Assembly (NCBI GenBank): GCA_030632085.1
Contig: DAOVJY010000002.1
Coordinates: 141,325-205,324, forward strand
DNA from: Candidatus Omnitrophota bacterium
Lineage (GTDB): Bacteria > Omnitrophota > Gorgyraeia > JAGLLT01
DNA: 64,000 bases
Direction: 5' to 3'
Shown here one piece after another: positions 32,269 to 41,983 of this stretch (position 1 is its first letter; each line of letters starts with the position of its first letter). The notes beneath the pieces were generated by a model that saw only the letters and a program-made list of their open reading frames with translations, had not been told where the DNA came from and made no database searches. The position numbers and the translations under genes were made by a program.

Positions 32269-32985
32269 TTAACTTCCACCCGCCAGAGCCAGAGTTAAAA
32301 CACTACAAGCTCCCGCTTGTTTAAGGCAACCGGCGCATTCATTTAAAGTTGAACCGGTTGTCAGCACGTCATCAATTATTAAAACACATTTATCTTTTAT
32401 CAAATTATTTCTTTTAATTTTAAACGCGCCTGTTAGATTTGACAGTCTTTCGCGGCCGCTAACTTCAATCTGGGGCCTGGTTGGCCTAACTTTCAAAAGC
32501 GTTTTATTTAATAGTTTAATATTAAAGTGTTTAGCAATTTTCCGCGCGATTAATTCCGATTGGTTAAAATCACGCTGTTTTTTCTTTTGCCTGTCAAGAG
32601 GGACATAAGTTATGTAATCAATCTCATTTAAGTCAATAAACTTTTCCGCGAAATTGCAACAGATACTGGCCGCAAAATTTATAAGACTCAACTTGTTACT
32701 GTACTTAATGTTATGAATTAATGTTCTTATAGTCCCTTGATAATTACACGCGATCCAAGCTCTGTCTATGTGTGACAAATTTTGATGCTTATGTTTACAG
32801 GAGTATTTATTAGTTTGAAGCGGCCTGCCGCATTTGTCGCAAAAAGGAGGCAGGTTTATTTCAATCTCTTGCTTGCAGTTAAGACAGATGCTGTTTGCGG
32901 CGTTATGATGAAGCGCCGTATCACATACTTGACACTTAAAAGGATATATTAAATTAATAAATGCCTTATACAATGAGAATACCAT
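32269..32985 (-). CDS. comF: ComF family (double zinc ribbon + phosphoribosyltransferase)
   Basis: CxxC pairs, RDFNQSE, IIDDVLTTGST. Confidence 0.92.
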   Translation of the reverse strand: MVFSLYKAFINLIYPFKCQVCDTALHHNAANSICLNCKQEIEINLPPFCDKCGRPLQTNKYSCKHKHQNLSHIDRAWIACNYQGTIRTLIHNIKYSNKLSLINFAASICCNFAEKFIDLNEIDYITYVPLDRQKKKQRDFNQSELIARKIAKHFNIKLLNKTLLKVRPTRPQIEVSGRERLSNLTGAFKIKRNNLIKDKCVLIIDDVLTTGSTLNECAGCLKQAGACSVLTLALAGGS

Positions 32986-32993
32986 TGAAAATT

Positions 32994-33022
32994 ACTATAT
33001 CATCAACTATAAAGTTTGTCAA
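32994..33022 (-). promoter_or_regulatory. Sigma70 promoter for comF-lptF-lptG, near-leaderless
   Basis: Minus strand TTGACA (33022-33017), 17 bp, TGn-TATAGT (32999-32994); ATG 8 nt downstream. Confidence 0.7.
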
Positions 33023-33267
33023 TCCTACATATTTATAAAACGATTTCAGGCAATTTAAAAGATGAAAAAGCTGATTTTTGCTATAAAATCGATAAAATAC
33101 ATGTAGACTTTTTTAACCATTTGAGAAATTAAGTACTTCCATTTTTTGAAAATATCTCTAGCAGATAAATATAAAGGTGATAAAATAGAATATACAGAAA
33201 CTAATACCGGCTTTATATTGAAAATAACTAAAGAAGTACTATAGCAACTAACAATTGGAGGTATAGT

Positions 33268-33945
33268 ATGAAGCGATGGATAGTATTGGTTGTAGGAGTT
33301 TATATAGTTTCACTGTCCGTTTTAGCTGTTCCTCTTTCATTATCTCTTGGCGGAGCAGATCTTGATTTTCTTTCCTTTGTGTATATTTATGTTATACCTG
33401 TTTTAATTCTTATTCAGACTATATTATTACTTATTCCTTTGGATATTGCAACAGAAAGGCCTATAAAACGCAGGAAGGTAGTAATCTCTGCTATAGCAGG
33501 TGGTTTTGTTGTTAGTTTTATGGTTTTAATGATTATAGCTTCAGTAGTTCTAATGATCTGGAATGAGAATAATACAGCGGGTTATATATATTCATACTGG
33601 GGTTTAATTTTACCTGTAATAGCCTGGGCAATCTGGTCAATAATATTTTATAAAAATTATAAAAGCAACAATCCTAAAAGTTTTGTTTCAAATATTACTT
33701 CCTGGCTTTTAAAGGGCAGTATTTTACAGCTAATAGTTGCTATTCCAAGTCATATTATATCCAGAAACAGAGGAGAGTGCTGCGCGCCGGCATTAACTTT
33801 AGTTGGTATTATAACAGGCATAGCTATAGCGCTTATGTCATTTGGGCCGGGATTATTCTTCCTTTATGCTAGGAGAATGAAAGATAAACAAAAAGGCCAC
33901 AAACAAGTCACAAGTCATACCCTGGTGGGCACAGGCAAGTCATAA
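33268..33945 (+). CDS. Hypothetical polytopic membrane protein (~6 TM) with RNRGECCAP loop
   Basis: GGAGG RBS; hydrophobic segments; last ~15 aa encoded by repeat array. Confidence 0.8.
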   Translation: MKRWIVLVVGVYIVSLSVLAVPLSLSLGGADLDFLSFVYIYVIPVLILIQTILLLIPLDIATERPIKRRKVVISAIAGGFVVSFMVLMIIASVVLMIWNENNTAGYIYSYWGLILPVIAWAIWSIIFYKNYKSNNPKSFVSNITSWLLKGSILQLIVAIPSHIISRNRGECCAPALTLVGIITGIAIALMSFGPGLFFLYARRMKDKQKGHKQVTSHTLVGTGKS

Positions 33946-34233
33946 GTCACAAGTAAGACACAAGTCATAAGTCATAAGTCATAAGACGCAGGACACAAGT
34001 TATAAGTCACAAGCAAGACACAAGTCATAAGACGCAGGACACAAGTTATAAGTCATACCCTGGTGGGCACAGGCAAGTCACAAGTCATAAGTCATAAGTC
34101 ATAAGTCATAAGTCATAAGTCATAAGACATAAGACATACCCTGGTGGGCACAGGCAAGTCATAAGTCATAAGACACAGGACACAAGTTATAAGTCATAAG
34201 TCACAAACAAGACACAAGTTGCAAGAGGCAAGA
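33897..34233. repeat. ~335-bp AAG(T/A)CA(T/C) heptamer array interrupted three times by an identical 18-bp module
   Basis: (AAGTCAT)n/(AAGACAC)n; ACCCTGGTGGGCACAGGC at 33919, 34057 and 34138. Confidence 0.95.
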
Positions 34234-34433
34234 AATAAGATTTATGACTTTTTGATAAGAGAATTTAGATGCCTGCCTTCGTTAAATCCGGTGTTTATTG
34301 AGGTGAGTCTGCTTGGATAGTAAAGTTCATTACGGAAAGCGTATAAATTATTTAAATACTCTTGAATAATTTATCATAACATGTTATTGTAGTTTACGTT
34401 AAACATAAGAGTTAATAAAAAAAGCAGGGTGAG

Positions 34434-35648
34434 ATGGATTCAATTTTAATAGTTGGAGTCATAATATTTTGCGGGTTTATTTTTGGCGAATTAGCCAAAA
34501 AAGTTAAACTACCTAAAGTAACCGGTTATATTTTAGCCGGTGTTTTTTTGAATCCCGGACTTTTTCACCTTGTTCCCGAGAATTTTGTAGTTCACACGGA
34601 ATTAATAACTAATATCTCACTTTCTTTTATTATTTTTTCCGTGGGCGGCACACTTTTATTTTCTAAGATAAAGAAGTTAGGCAAAAGTATACTATGCATA
34701 ACTATTTTTGAAGGTGAATTTGCTTTTTTCGCGATTATCGTAGGCTTTCTTTTAATTAGCCCTTTTTTTATTCATATTCCGAATGCCGGCTGGTTAACAG
34801 TCTTTATCCCTATGAGTATTCTTTTAGGATCTTTGGGGGCACCAACTGATCCCGCGGTTACTCTGGCGGTCAAAGACGAATATAAAGCTGCCGGACGTGT
34901 AACCCAGACTGTTATGAGCGTTGCCGCCTTTGATGATGTTTTGGGGATAATCAATTTTTCCATAGCCATTGCCTTAGCTCAAGTTTTTGTGTCCCATCAG
35001 GCTTTAAGCACTTATAATTCCTTTATCCAACCTTGTTTGGTTATTGTCGGTGCTATAGTTTTAGGAATTATTGCCGGTTTCGCGCTAAATCTTGTAACTA
35101 ACTTTATAGAGCAAGAATCAGGGGGTGTATATGTAGTAATAATACTGGGTTTGCTTTGTGTTTGTTTTGGAGTGGCGACATTAATGCGGGTTGATCAGTT
35201 ATTAGCTGTTATGACTATGGGCGCCGTGGTAGTTAATTTTAACAAGAAACAGCAGATGATATTTAAAGTTCTTAAGCATTATACCGATGAGTTAATCTTT
35301 GTTTTATTTTTTACTCTAAGCGGTATGTATTTGGATTTTACCGTTTTAAAGACAGCCTTGGTTTTAGTTTTATTCTTTGTAGTTTTTAGAATTATAGGTA
35401 AGGTGTTAGGCGCAACCGCGGGAGCCATTATTTCAAAGTCACCAAAAAATGTTATAAAGTATACTTCAGGCGGCTTAATTCCTCAAGGGGGTATAGTTGT
35501 GGGATTAGCTCTTATTATGAAACAAAACCCGGCCTTTGACGCCTTTTCGGATATTATTATAAGTGTGGTTATAGGGGCTGTCATATTTCATGAAATAATC
35601 GGGCCCATTACGACTAAAATATCTTTAGAAAAAGCGGGTGAAATTTAA
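34434..35648 (+). CDS. Cation:proton antiporter (CPA family)
   Basis: KLPKVTGYI, PTDPA, AAFDD, FFTLSG, RIIGK, PQGG. Confidence 0.9.
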   Translation: MDSILIVGVIIFCGFIFGELAKKVKLPKVTGYILAGVFLNPGLFHLVPENFVVHTELITNISLSFIIFSVGGTLLFSKIKKLGKSILCITIFEGEFAFFAIIVGFLLISPFFIHIPNAGWLTVFIPMSILLGSLGAPTDPAVTLAVKDEYKAAGRVTQTVMSVAAFDDVLGIINFSIAIALAQVFVSHQALSTYNSFIQPCLVIVGAIVLGIIAGFALNLVTNFIEQESGGVYVVIILGLLCVCFGVATLMRVDQLLAVMTMGAVVVNFNKKQQMIFKVLKHYTDELIFVLFFTLSGMYLDFTVLKTALVLVLFFVVFRIIGKVLGATAGAIISKSPKNVIKYTSGGLIPQGGIVVGLALIMKQNPAFDAFSDIIISVVIGAVIFHEIIGPITTKISLEKAGEI

Positions 35649-35692
35649 AAGACAAACTAACAGTTAAAAATCAATCTTAGAAAGAAGATGCT

Positions 35693-36430
35693 ATGGGAAA
35701 AGAAGTAAACTTTTTATACGGCAAAAATTCGGTTTTTGAGAGACTAAAAAATAAACCCGGCAGTATCAGAAAAGTTTTTTTAGCCGATAATTTTAAAGAT
35801 CAGAGAATTATAAATTTAACAAAAGGAGCTCATATCAATATAGAGCTGTTAACTAATAAACAGGTGGCCTGGATAAAACGCGCGAAAGATTATCAGGGTG
35901 TAATTGCTAAGGTGGACGCTTTTGAGTATAAAGACTATACTAAACTTTTGGAGGATGCTTCGTCGGGTAAAAAATCCGTTCTTTTGCTTGATCGTATTAA
36001 CGATCCCCAGAATCTGGGAGTTATAGTCAGGCTGGTAGCTTGCTTTGGCGGGTTTTCAATTATCATTCCCTCGCATAAGGCCTGCCCGGTAAATGATACA
36101 GTGCTGCATGTAGCTTCAGGCGGCGAAAATTATGTTGATATTGCCGAGGTTAACAATCTTAACAGTGCTATTTTTGGCCTGAAAAAAGCGGGTTTTTGGA
36201 TAGCCGGTACAGTAGTTTCAGATGAAGCTGAAAGCTTATTTGAAAAAGTGCTGCCTTTCCCTTTGGCTTTAATTATGGGTTCGGAAGGAGAGGGCATCCG
36301 GCCCGGATTAATTAAAGAGCTTGATATGCGGCTGCGTATTCCTATGGAGGGAGCTAAACTTTCACTGAATGTGAGTATAGCTACGGCTATATTTTGTGAG
36401 GAAATCGTCAGACAGAGGCCAAAAACATGA
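35693..36430 (+). CDS. rlmB: 23S rRNA Gm2251 methyltransferase (TrmH/SPOUT)
   Basis: YQGVIA, DPQNLG, MGSEGEG, IPM..SLNVS. Confidence 0.85.
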   Translation: MGKEVNFLYGKNSVFERLKNKPGSIRKVFLADNFKDQRIINLTKGAHINIELLTNKQVAWIKRAKDYQGVIAKVDAFEYKDYTKLLEDASSGKKSVLLLDRINDPQNLGVIVRLVACFGGFSIIIPSHKACPVNDTVLHVASGGENYVDIAEVNNLNSAIFGLKKAGFWIAGTVVSDEAESLFEKVLPFPLALIMGSEGEGIRPGLIKELDMRLRIPMEGAKLSLNVSIATAIFCEEIVRQRPKT

Positions 36431-37017
36431 AAAATAAAAAAGGTACTAAAGAAGATATAATTAATTTTATTTCTGAAGCCGGGATGTTAAAAAGAGTCAG
36501 CCGTTCCGGTTGGTCGGTTTTAGGTATTAAAGACGCCGAAACGGTTGCCGAACATAGTTTCCGTTGCGCGGTTATTGGTTATATAATAGCCCGGCTCGAG
36601 AAAGCGGACCCTTATAAGGTTTTGTTAATGACACTTTTTAATGATATTCACGAAGCCAGAATTACCGACTTACATAAGATGGCCCAGAGGTATATTGAAG
36701 CTGAGCCTTGCGAGGATGAATCGTTTTATGAGCAGATAGAAAGACTGCCCAATAGTCTAAAAGATGAACTTAAAGATATGAGAGTGGATTATAAAAAACA
36801 ACATACCAAGGAAAGCCTTATTGCCCGGGACGCGGATATAATAGAATGTTTGATTCAGGCCAAGGAATATCAAGAACACGGTTATAAAGAGGCCTATAAG
36901 TTTATGAATAAAGCACCGGAACATTTAAAAACTAAATCCGCTAAAGAAATTTGGAAAAAAGCTAAGTCCATGAATTTAAATGACTGGTGGATGAATTTAA
37001 GTGAGTTTAAGAGATAG
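36427..37017 (+). CDS. HD-domain protein (YfbR-like nucleotidase family), HD motif reads ND
   Basis: LKRVSRSGW, ETVAEHSFR, LFNDIHEAR, ARDAD. Confidence 0.85.
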   Translation: MKNKKGTKEDIINFISEAGMLKRVSRSGWSVLGIKDAETVAEHSFRCAVIGYIIARLEKADPYKVLLMTLFNDIHEARITDLHKMAQRYIEAEPCEDESFYEQIERLPNSLKDELKDMRVDYKKQHTKESLIARDADIIECLIQAKEYQEHGYKEAYKFMNKAPEHLKTKSAKEIWKKAKSMNLNDWWMNLSEFKR

Positions 37018-37081
37018 GGTGAAAGCAAAAAAATATGGTTTGTTTTTGGCGTGGGAACTATTAATAAAGGAGTAAAATGTT

Positions 37082-37558
37082 ATGACTGTTAAGATAGCTC
37101 GGCTAATAGTGTTTTTAATAATTGCCGCCGGTGTAATTACTTTTTTATATCTCTCGGGTGATAATGAGTCTTCCGAGGCTCCCTTAATCCTTGGAGGTGA
37201 GTGCTTTTATAATGATTATCCGGGAAAAGCCGTGTTTACAAGTATTCAGATGACAGATAAAAGCAAGGCTCAGGCCGCCACTCTTGGGGGCCCGGGTTAT
37301 CAGGGGTATGAAATTTATTTTAAGTTTATGACTAATGAAAGAATAAAAGAGGATTGGGCTAAGAAGGCTTTAAATAAAGAACATTTGTTTTTACTCATTA
37401 ATTCCTGGTATCCGGGAAAAGAATTTATTAAAAAATATGATATAAAAGTAAACAAAAAATTTGACTGCACCTTAAAAGTTATTAATAAAGGAACCTGTAC
37501 CCCCATTATATTTGATTTTAAAAATATTAAGAGGGATGATTATTTTGAGAACAAATAA
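37082..37558 (+). CDS. Hypothetical exported or membrane-anchored protein
   Basis: AAGGAG RBS, N-terminal TM helix, GGEC...GTCTP cysteines. Confidence 0.75.
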   Translation: MTVKIARLIVFLIIAAGVITFLYLSGDNESSEAPLILGGECFYNDYPGKAVFTSIQMTDKSKAQAATLGGPGYQGYEIYFKFMTNERIKEDWAKKALNKEHLFLLINSWYPGKEFIKKYDIKVNKKFDCTLKVINKGTCTPIIFDFKNIKRDDYFENK

Positions 37559-37603
37559 GACTTTTATAGCATTTTTTACCTTTTTAATTTACCGAACTCT
37601 GAT

Positions 37604-37633
37604 TTGACCAAGTATAAGATTATGTGGTATTAT
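37604..37633 (+). promoter_or_regulatory. Putative sigma70 promoter of signalling operon
   Basis: TTGACC, 18 bp, TGn-TATTAT. Confidence 0.5.
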
Positions 37634-37670
37634 TAAGTTAGTAGAAACGTTAATTAAAGGGGAATGTGTT

Positions 37671-38939
37671 ATGCGTTTAAAACTCCAAGATAAACTGATA
37701 GCTATATTTCTGGGTATTTTTGTAATAACTTTCGGACTTATGGGATTTATTACTTATCAAGGCAGTAAGGAGATTGTAAAACAAGGTGTATTTAAGCAGC
37801 TGCATTGCCGCATAAGAGGAATACGTGGAAGATTTGAGAGCTTTTGCTGTGAAAGAGAACGGGATATAAAATCGAAGTCTACAAGTATGTATATAAAGGA
37901 GAGGCTTAGAGAAATTAAAGATGGCCGGAACATGGATATTTTGACTAAAGAGATTTCAATGAGGCTGGGGCAGATGATAGAGGATAATCCCAGCGCCATG
38001 GAGTTGTTTATTTTAGATACTAATGGTAAAGTCATAGCTTCTACAGATGAAACGCAGATAGGGCTTGATAAATCCAATAGACCATATTTCTTAAAAGGGC
38101 GTGATTTTGTTACCGGGACCACCGCTATTTATCATTCCCCTGTTTTTAATAAGCCTACAATGCTGATTTTTGCTCCCATTAGTCAATTAAAGACGGGAGA
38201 GCTATTGGGCGTAGTGGTTGAGAGAGTGAATTTTGAGTATTTAAGCGCGACAGTTAAACGAGAATGCGCTTTGCTGGAAGGAGAAGAGATATACGCTCTT
38301 GATGGTGAAGGAAATATAATTTTTGGCTCGATGGCCTGGCGATTTATTATCAGTGATATTTCGAATTCTGATTTTATAAAAAAATGTTTAGAAGGTAAAT
38401 CCGGTAACCACATGTATAAAAATTGCAGAGGGCTGCCTGTTGTTGGCAAGTGCAGCTGGCTGCCTGTCAGAGAGTGCGTTTTAATAGTTGAGATATCTGA
38501 AAAAGAAGCTTTTAAGCCGATATACAGGATAAGGAATTGGTTTTTTGGTGTTTCTATCGTAGCGGTTATGGTAATTATTTGTTTGGTTATAATTATTTCC
38601 AGGCGCATATCCTTGCCGATTATGAGGTTAAAAGATGCCGCGGATAAAGTTGCCTCAGGCGATTTAAAGATAAGGGTGGATGTTGATACAAAAGATGAAA
38701 TAGAATTTTTAGCTAACTCTTTCAATCAAATGGTAAACGAGTTAAGAGAGTCGAGGAGTAAACTAAGACAATGGGGAGAAGCATCAGAAGAGGAAGTTAA
38801 AGAGAAGACAAAACAACTCGAGGAAAAGATTGAGGAACTCGAGAAATTTAATAAGCTTGCCGTAGATAGAGAATTGAAAATGATATCATTGAAAGAAGAA
38901 ATAGAAAATTTAAAAATCAAACTAAAAGAAGTTAAATAG
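37671..38939 (+). CDS. Membrane sensor: TM-dCache-TM-HAMP-coiled coil, no catalytic output domain
   Basis: ILDTNGKVIAST, RPYF (Cache); PIMRLKDAADKVASGDL...DEIEFLANSFNQM (HAMP); ends ELEKFNKLAVDRELKMISLK. Confidence 0.85.
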   Translation: MRLKLQDKLIAIFLGIFVITFGLMGFITYQGSKEIVKQGVFKQLHCRIRGIRGRFESFCCERERDIKSKSTSMYIKERLREIKDGRNMDILTKEISMRLGQMIEDNPSAMELFILDTNGKVIASTDETQIGLDKSNRPYFLKGRDFVTGTTAIYHSPVFNKPTMLIFAPISQLKTGELLGVVVERVNFEYLSATVKRECALLEGEEIYALDGEGNIIFGSMAWRFIISDISNSDFIKKCLEGKSGNHMYKNCRGLPVVGKCSWLPVRECVLIVEISEKEAFKPIYRIRNWFFGVSIVAVMVIICLVIIISRRISLPIMRLKDAADKVASGDLKIRVDVDTKDEIEFLANSFNQMVNELRESRSKLRQWGEASEEEVKEKTKQLEEKIEELEKFNKLAVDRELKMISLKEEIENLKIKLKEVK

Positions 38940-38954
38940 AATTATAGGTTGAAA

Positions 38955-39548
38955 ATGATAAATAATGACAAAAAGCGCGTAAGCCAAGAAATAGTCAAAC
39001 ATTTCAAAGATAATTCTGACGCACTCAGGCAGCGGTGGGTGAAAGAGATGACAGCCAGTGGATTGCTGAACCATTTAACTCTAGATGAAGTGGAAACAGA
39101 ATCCCAAGTGATTTATAATACATGTGTTAGCTGTTTCGCGACGGGAAATTATAAAGGGGCCGAAAAATACGCGCAGGCAATGGCGGAAAAAGGTGTGCTT
39201 GAAGGTATGAAAACGGAAGAAATAATCGGGGGAATGCTTACTTTGAGAGATGTGTACGGAAGGTCGCTTTTTTACAAGTATCGAGAGAAACAAGCTATTT
39301 TAGATGAAATGCTTATGCTATATGAACCTGTTGCCAATAAAATTTTGTCAATTGTGGCCATGGCTTTTGTTGAAGAAAAAACAAGGAACTTAGAAGAGAG
39401 GGTTAAGGAGAGAACCAGTGAATTGGAAGAAAAAATCAAGGAGCTCGAGAAGTTTAGCCGTCTGACCGTAGGAAGAGAACTAAGGATGATGGAATTAAAG
39501 AAGACAATAAAAGAGATAAAGAGCAAATCAGAGGAACCGGGAAAATAA
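38955..39548 (+). CDS. Cytoplasmic all-helical sensor (RsbRD_N/globin-like) with the same C-terminal tail
   Basis: LRQRWVKEM..., helical domain, ends ELEKFSRLTVGRELRMMELK. Confidence 0.65.
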   Translation: MINNDKKRVSQEIVKHFKDNSDALRQRWVKEMTASGLLNHLTLDEVETESQVIYNTCVSCFATGNYKGAEKYAQAMAEKGVLEGMKTEEIIGGMLTLRDVYGRSLFYKYREKQAILDEMLMLYEPVANKILSIVAMAFVEEKTRNLEERVKERTSELEEKIKELEKFSRLTVGRELRMMELKKTIKEIKSKSEEPGK

Positions 39549-39549
39549 T

Positions 39550-41505
39550 ATGAATTGGCTAATTCCGGCTATTTCAATTGATTGCGGCATTAAGCTTGCC
39601 ATTTCACTTATTCTTTTTGTGAGGTATTTTGAAGTCAAAGAGAAAATGATTTTTTGGTGGGCGGTAGCTTGGCTCTTATTCGGATTTCACGCCTTAACGG
39701 AATTATTAATTATTGAGACAGGTAATGAGTCTCTCTGGTTTATACGCCACATTTTCTATGCTTCGACAGCCGTGGCTTTTTTAGAAAGTGTAGCTAATAT
39801 GCGCCAGCCGGTATCAAAAAAATGGCACGCGGCCGCCATCATAATGGCTCTAAGCATTATAGTAGTTTCTTATATAGGGGTTTTTGTAGTTAAGGATTGG
39901 TTTACGGCAGCTTTTCCTGTTTCGCTTTTTAGCGGCTTGGGTTTTATAGCCTGTGGTTTTTATTTTTTTAAAATGACTAAGGAAAAAAAATCCGTGGCAT
40001 GCTGGTTAATTTTACTCGGTTTTTTCCTAAACGGGCTTCATAATATTGATTATCCCTTCCTTAGGCCGCTTGAGTGGTTTGCTCCGATAGGTTTTGGCAT
40101 GGGGGTATTTTTTTCTTTGATATTTGCTGTTGGCTTAATAGCGATGTCAACGGAAGAATTAAGACGGCAAAAAGATGAAAGTCAGCGAAAAGTCAAAGGC
40201 CAAGCGGTTCTTACCGCTATCTTTGGGTTGGTGAGCCGTTCACTAAATTTGCGAGAAATTTTAGATGATGTTTTAGATAGAGTATTAGAGGTGATAAAAG
40301 TAGATAGCGGATATATATTTCTACTGGATAAAGAGAAGGCGGAATTAAATCTTAAGGTTTATCGGGGTATTGAGGCTGAATACGTCAAAAGTATTAGCCG
40401 GCAAAAATTAACCAAAAAAAGCATTTACGCAGAGGTTGCTCAAGGAAAAGAGCCGATTGTAATCGCGAATATTTCCGAATATCCGCAATTTACAATAAAT
40501 AATTTGGGTAAAAAAGATATTCGTTCTTTTGCCTGTATCCCACTTATATCAAAGGGAAAAGTGATGGGAATCTTGAGTTTATCAAGCTGCGATTATTACC
40601 GGCTTGTACCTGAAGAAATGCAATTGCTTAAGTCCATAGGTGATGCTGTAGGAGTTGCCATTGAAAATGCTATGTTGTATGAAACGCTCAAAAATTGGAA
40701 TGAAGAGTTGGGAGGGGTTATTGAAGAGAGGACGAAAGATTTGAGCGATGCCAGAAAAGCTACTCTGAATATATTGGAGGATATAGATGAAGCTTATAAG
40801 CAATTAAAAGAAGCGCAAGTCCGATTGGTTCAAGGGGAACGGTTGGCGGCTATCGGACAGATGTCAGCCGTTATTGGCCATGAACTAAGAAACCCCTTAA
40901 CCGGAATTAAAATGGCCTCGTATTTTTTAAACGAAAAATTGAGCAAAGCCGCTCCCGAGCTTGTTAAAACAGTGCAGGATGTTGAAAAAGAAGTGGAAAG
41001 AGCTTCAACAATTATAACCAATATCCTGGAATTTTCCAGGCCTCTTAATTTGGTTATAAATCCGGTTGATATAAATGTTTTAATAGAAGATGCTATAAAA
41101 TCGGCTAGAGAAAAAAAATGGCTCGAAGGCATTGAAGTTATTAAAGATTTGCAGTTTTCTTACGATGAAGTATCTTTAGACGCTTTTCGATTTAGGCAGG
41201 TTTTAGATAACATAATTTTAAATGCTCACCAGTCAATGCCCACAGGGGGAAAGCTGACACTGAGTACAAAAAAAGTTAATAATAGGATAGAAATTAGAAT
41301 TAGCGATACCGGAGTTGGTATTGCTGAAGAAGATCTCAAGAAGATTCTTGAGCCTTTTTTTACTAAGAGGCACAAGGGTGTAGGCTTGGGATTGGCTGTT
41401 GTTCGTGAAGTGGTTAAAGCGCATAATGGCAGTATAAATGTAGATAGTGAAATGGGTAAAGGGAGTACATTTATCATCAGACTTCCATTAAAGGAGGAGA
41501 GTTGA
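39550..41505 (+). CDS. Sensor histidine kinase (multi-TM, GAF, HisKA, HATPase)
   Basis: ~7 TM helices; GAF ending AVGVAIENAMLY; HELRNPLT; NAHQS, DTGVGI, PFFT, GVGLGL. Confidence 0.95.
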   Translation: MNWLIPAISIDCGIKLAISLILFVRYFEVKEKMIFWWAVAWLLFGFHALTELLIIETGNESLWFIRHIFYASTAVAFLESVANMRQPVSKKWHAAAIIMALSIIVVSYIGVFVVKDWFTAAFPVSLFSGLGFIACGFYFFKMTKEKKSVACWLILLGFFLNGLHNIDYPFLRPLEWFAPIGFGMGVFFSLIFAVGLIAMSTEELRRQKDESQRKVKGQAVLTAIFGLVSRSLNLREILDDVLDRVLEVIKVDSGYIFLLDKEKAELNLKVYRGIEAEYVKSISRQKLTKKSIYAEVAQGKEPIVIANISEYPQFTINNLGKKDIRSFACIPLISKGKVMGILSLSSCDYYRLVPEEMQLLKSIGDAVGVAIENAMLYETLKNWNEELGGVIEERTKDLSDARKATLNILEDIDEAYKQLKEAQVRLVQGERLAAIGQMSAVIGHELRNPLTGIKMASYFLNEKLSKAAPELVKTVQDVEKEVERASTIITNILEFSRPLNLVINPVDINVLIEDAIKSAREKKWLEGIEVIKDLQFSYDEVSLDAFRFRQVLDNIILNAHQSMPTGGKLTLSTKKVNNRIEIRISDTGVGIAEEDLKKILEPFFTKRHKGVGLGLAVVREVVKAHNGSINVDSEMGKGSTFIIRLPLKEES

Positions 41506-41509
41506 GGGT

Positions 41510-41983
41510 ATGAGGACTGTAATTGGAAATCTTTTTATTGGTGGAGAAATTAAAAAAAATAAGGCGATTAATTTAAAAAAGAATGAGCTGCAAAAAAATG
41601 AGCGTTCGGCGAATCCTATTAAGATTTTAATTGTTGAAGATGAAGCCATCACCAGAGAAACTTTTGCCGATATATTGAAACATTATGGCTTTAGAGTTGA
41701 AACCGCTAAAAGCGGCCGTCAAGCTATAGAAAAAGCTAAGAAGGAATTTTTTAACATTGCTATTATTGATATAGTCTTAGGTGAAATAAGCGGAGTAGAT
41801 ACGCTTAAGATGGTAAAAAGTATTAATTCTCTTACAGTTTGTATTATGATGACAGCTTATTGTGTTGAAGGTGTTTTTGAGGAATCACTAAAGGCGGGAG
41901 CTCTTACATGTATTTATAAGCCATTTAATATTGATAAAATTATCAGCCTTATTAAAAAAAGTTGCAATAGAGGAGTTCATTAA
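41510..41983 (+). CDS. Single-domain response regulator
   Basis: ILIVEDE, IIDIVL, MMTAY, YKPF. Confidence 0.9.
   Translation: MRTVIGNLFIGGEIKKNKAINLKKNELQKNERSANPIKILIVEDEAITRETFADILKHYGFRVETAKSGRQAIEKAKKEFFNIAIIDIVLGEISGVDTLKMVKSINSLTVCIMMTAYCVEGVFEESLKAGALTCIYKPFNIDKIISLIKKSCNRGVH

Noticed and set aside
33140-33244. Possible gene remnant (FLKISLADKYKGDKIEYTETNTGFILKITKEVL*)
   Set aside because: No start and no recognisable family; too weak to call
33897-34233. CRISPR array
   Set aside because: The intervening sequence is itself heptamer repeat with irregular lengths, not unique spacers
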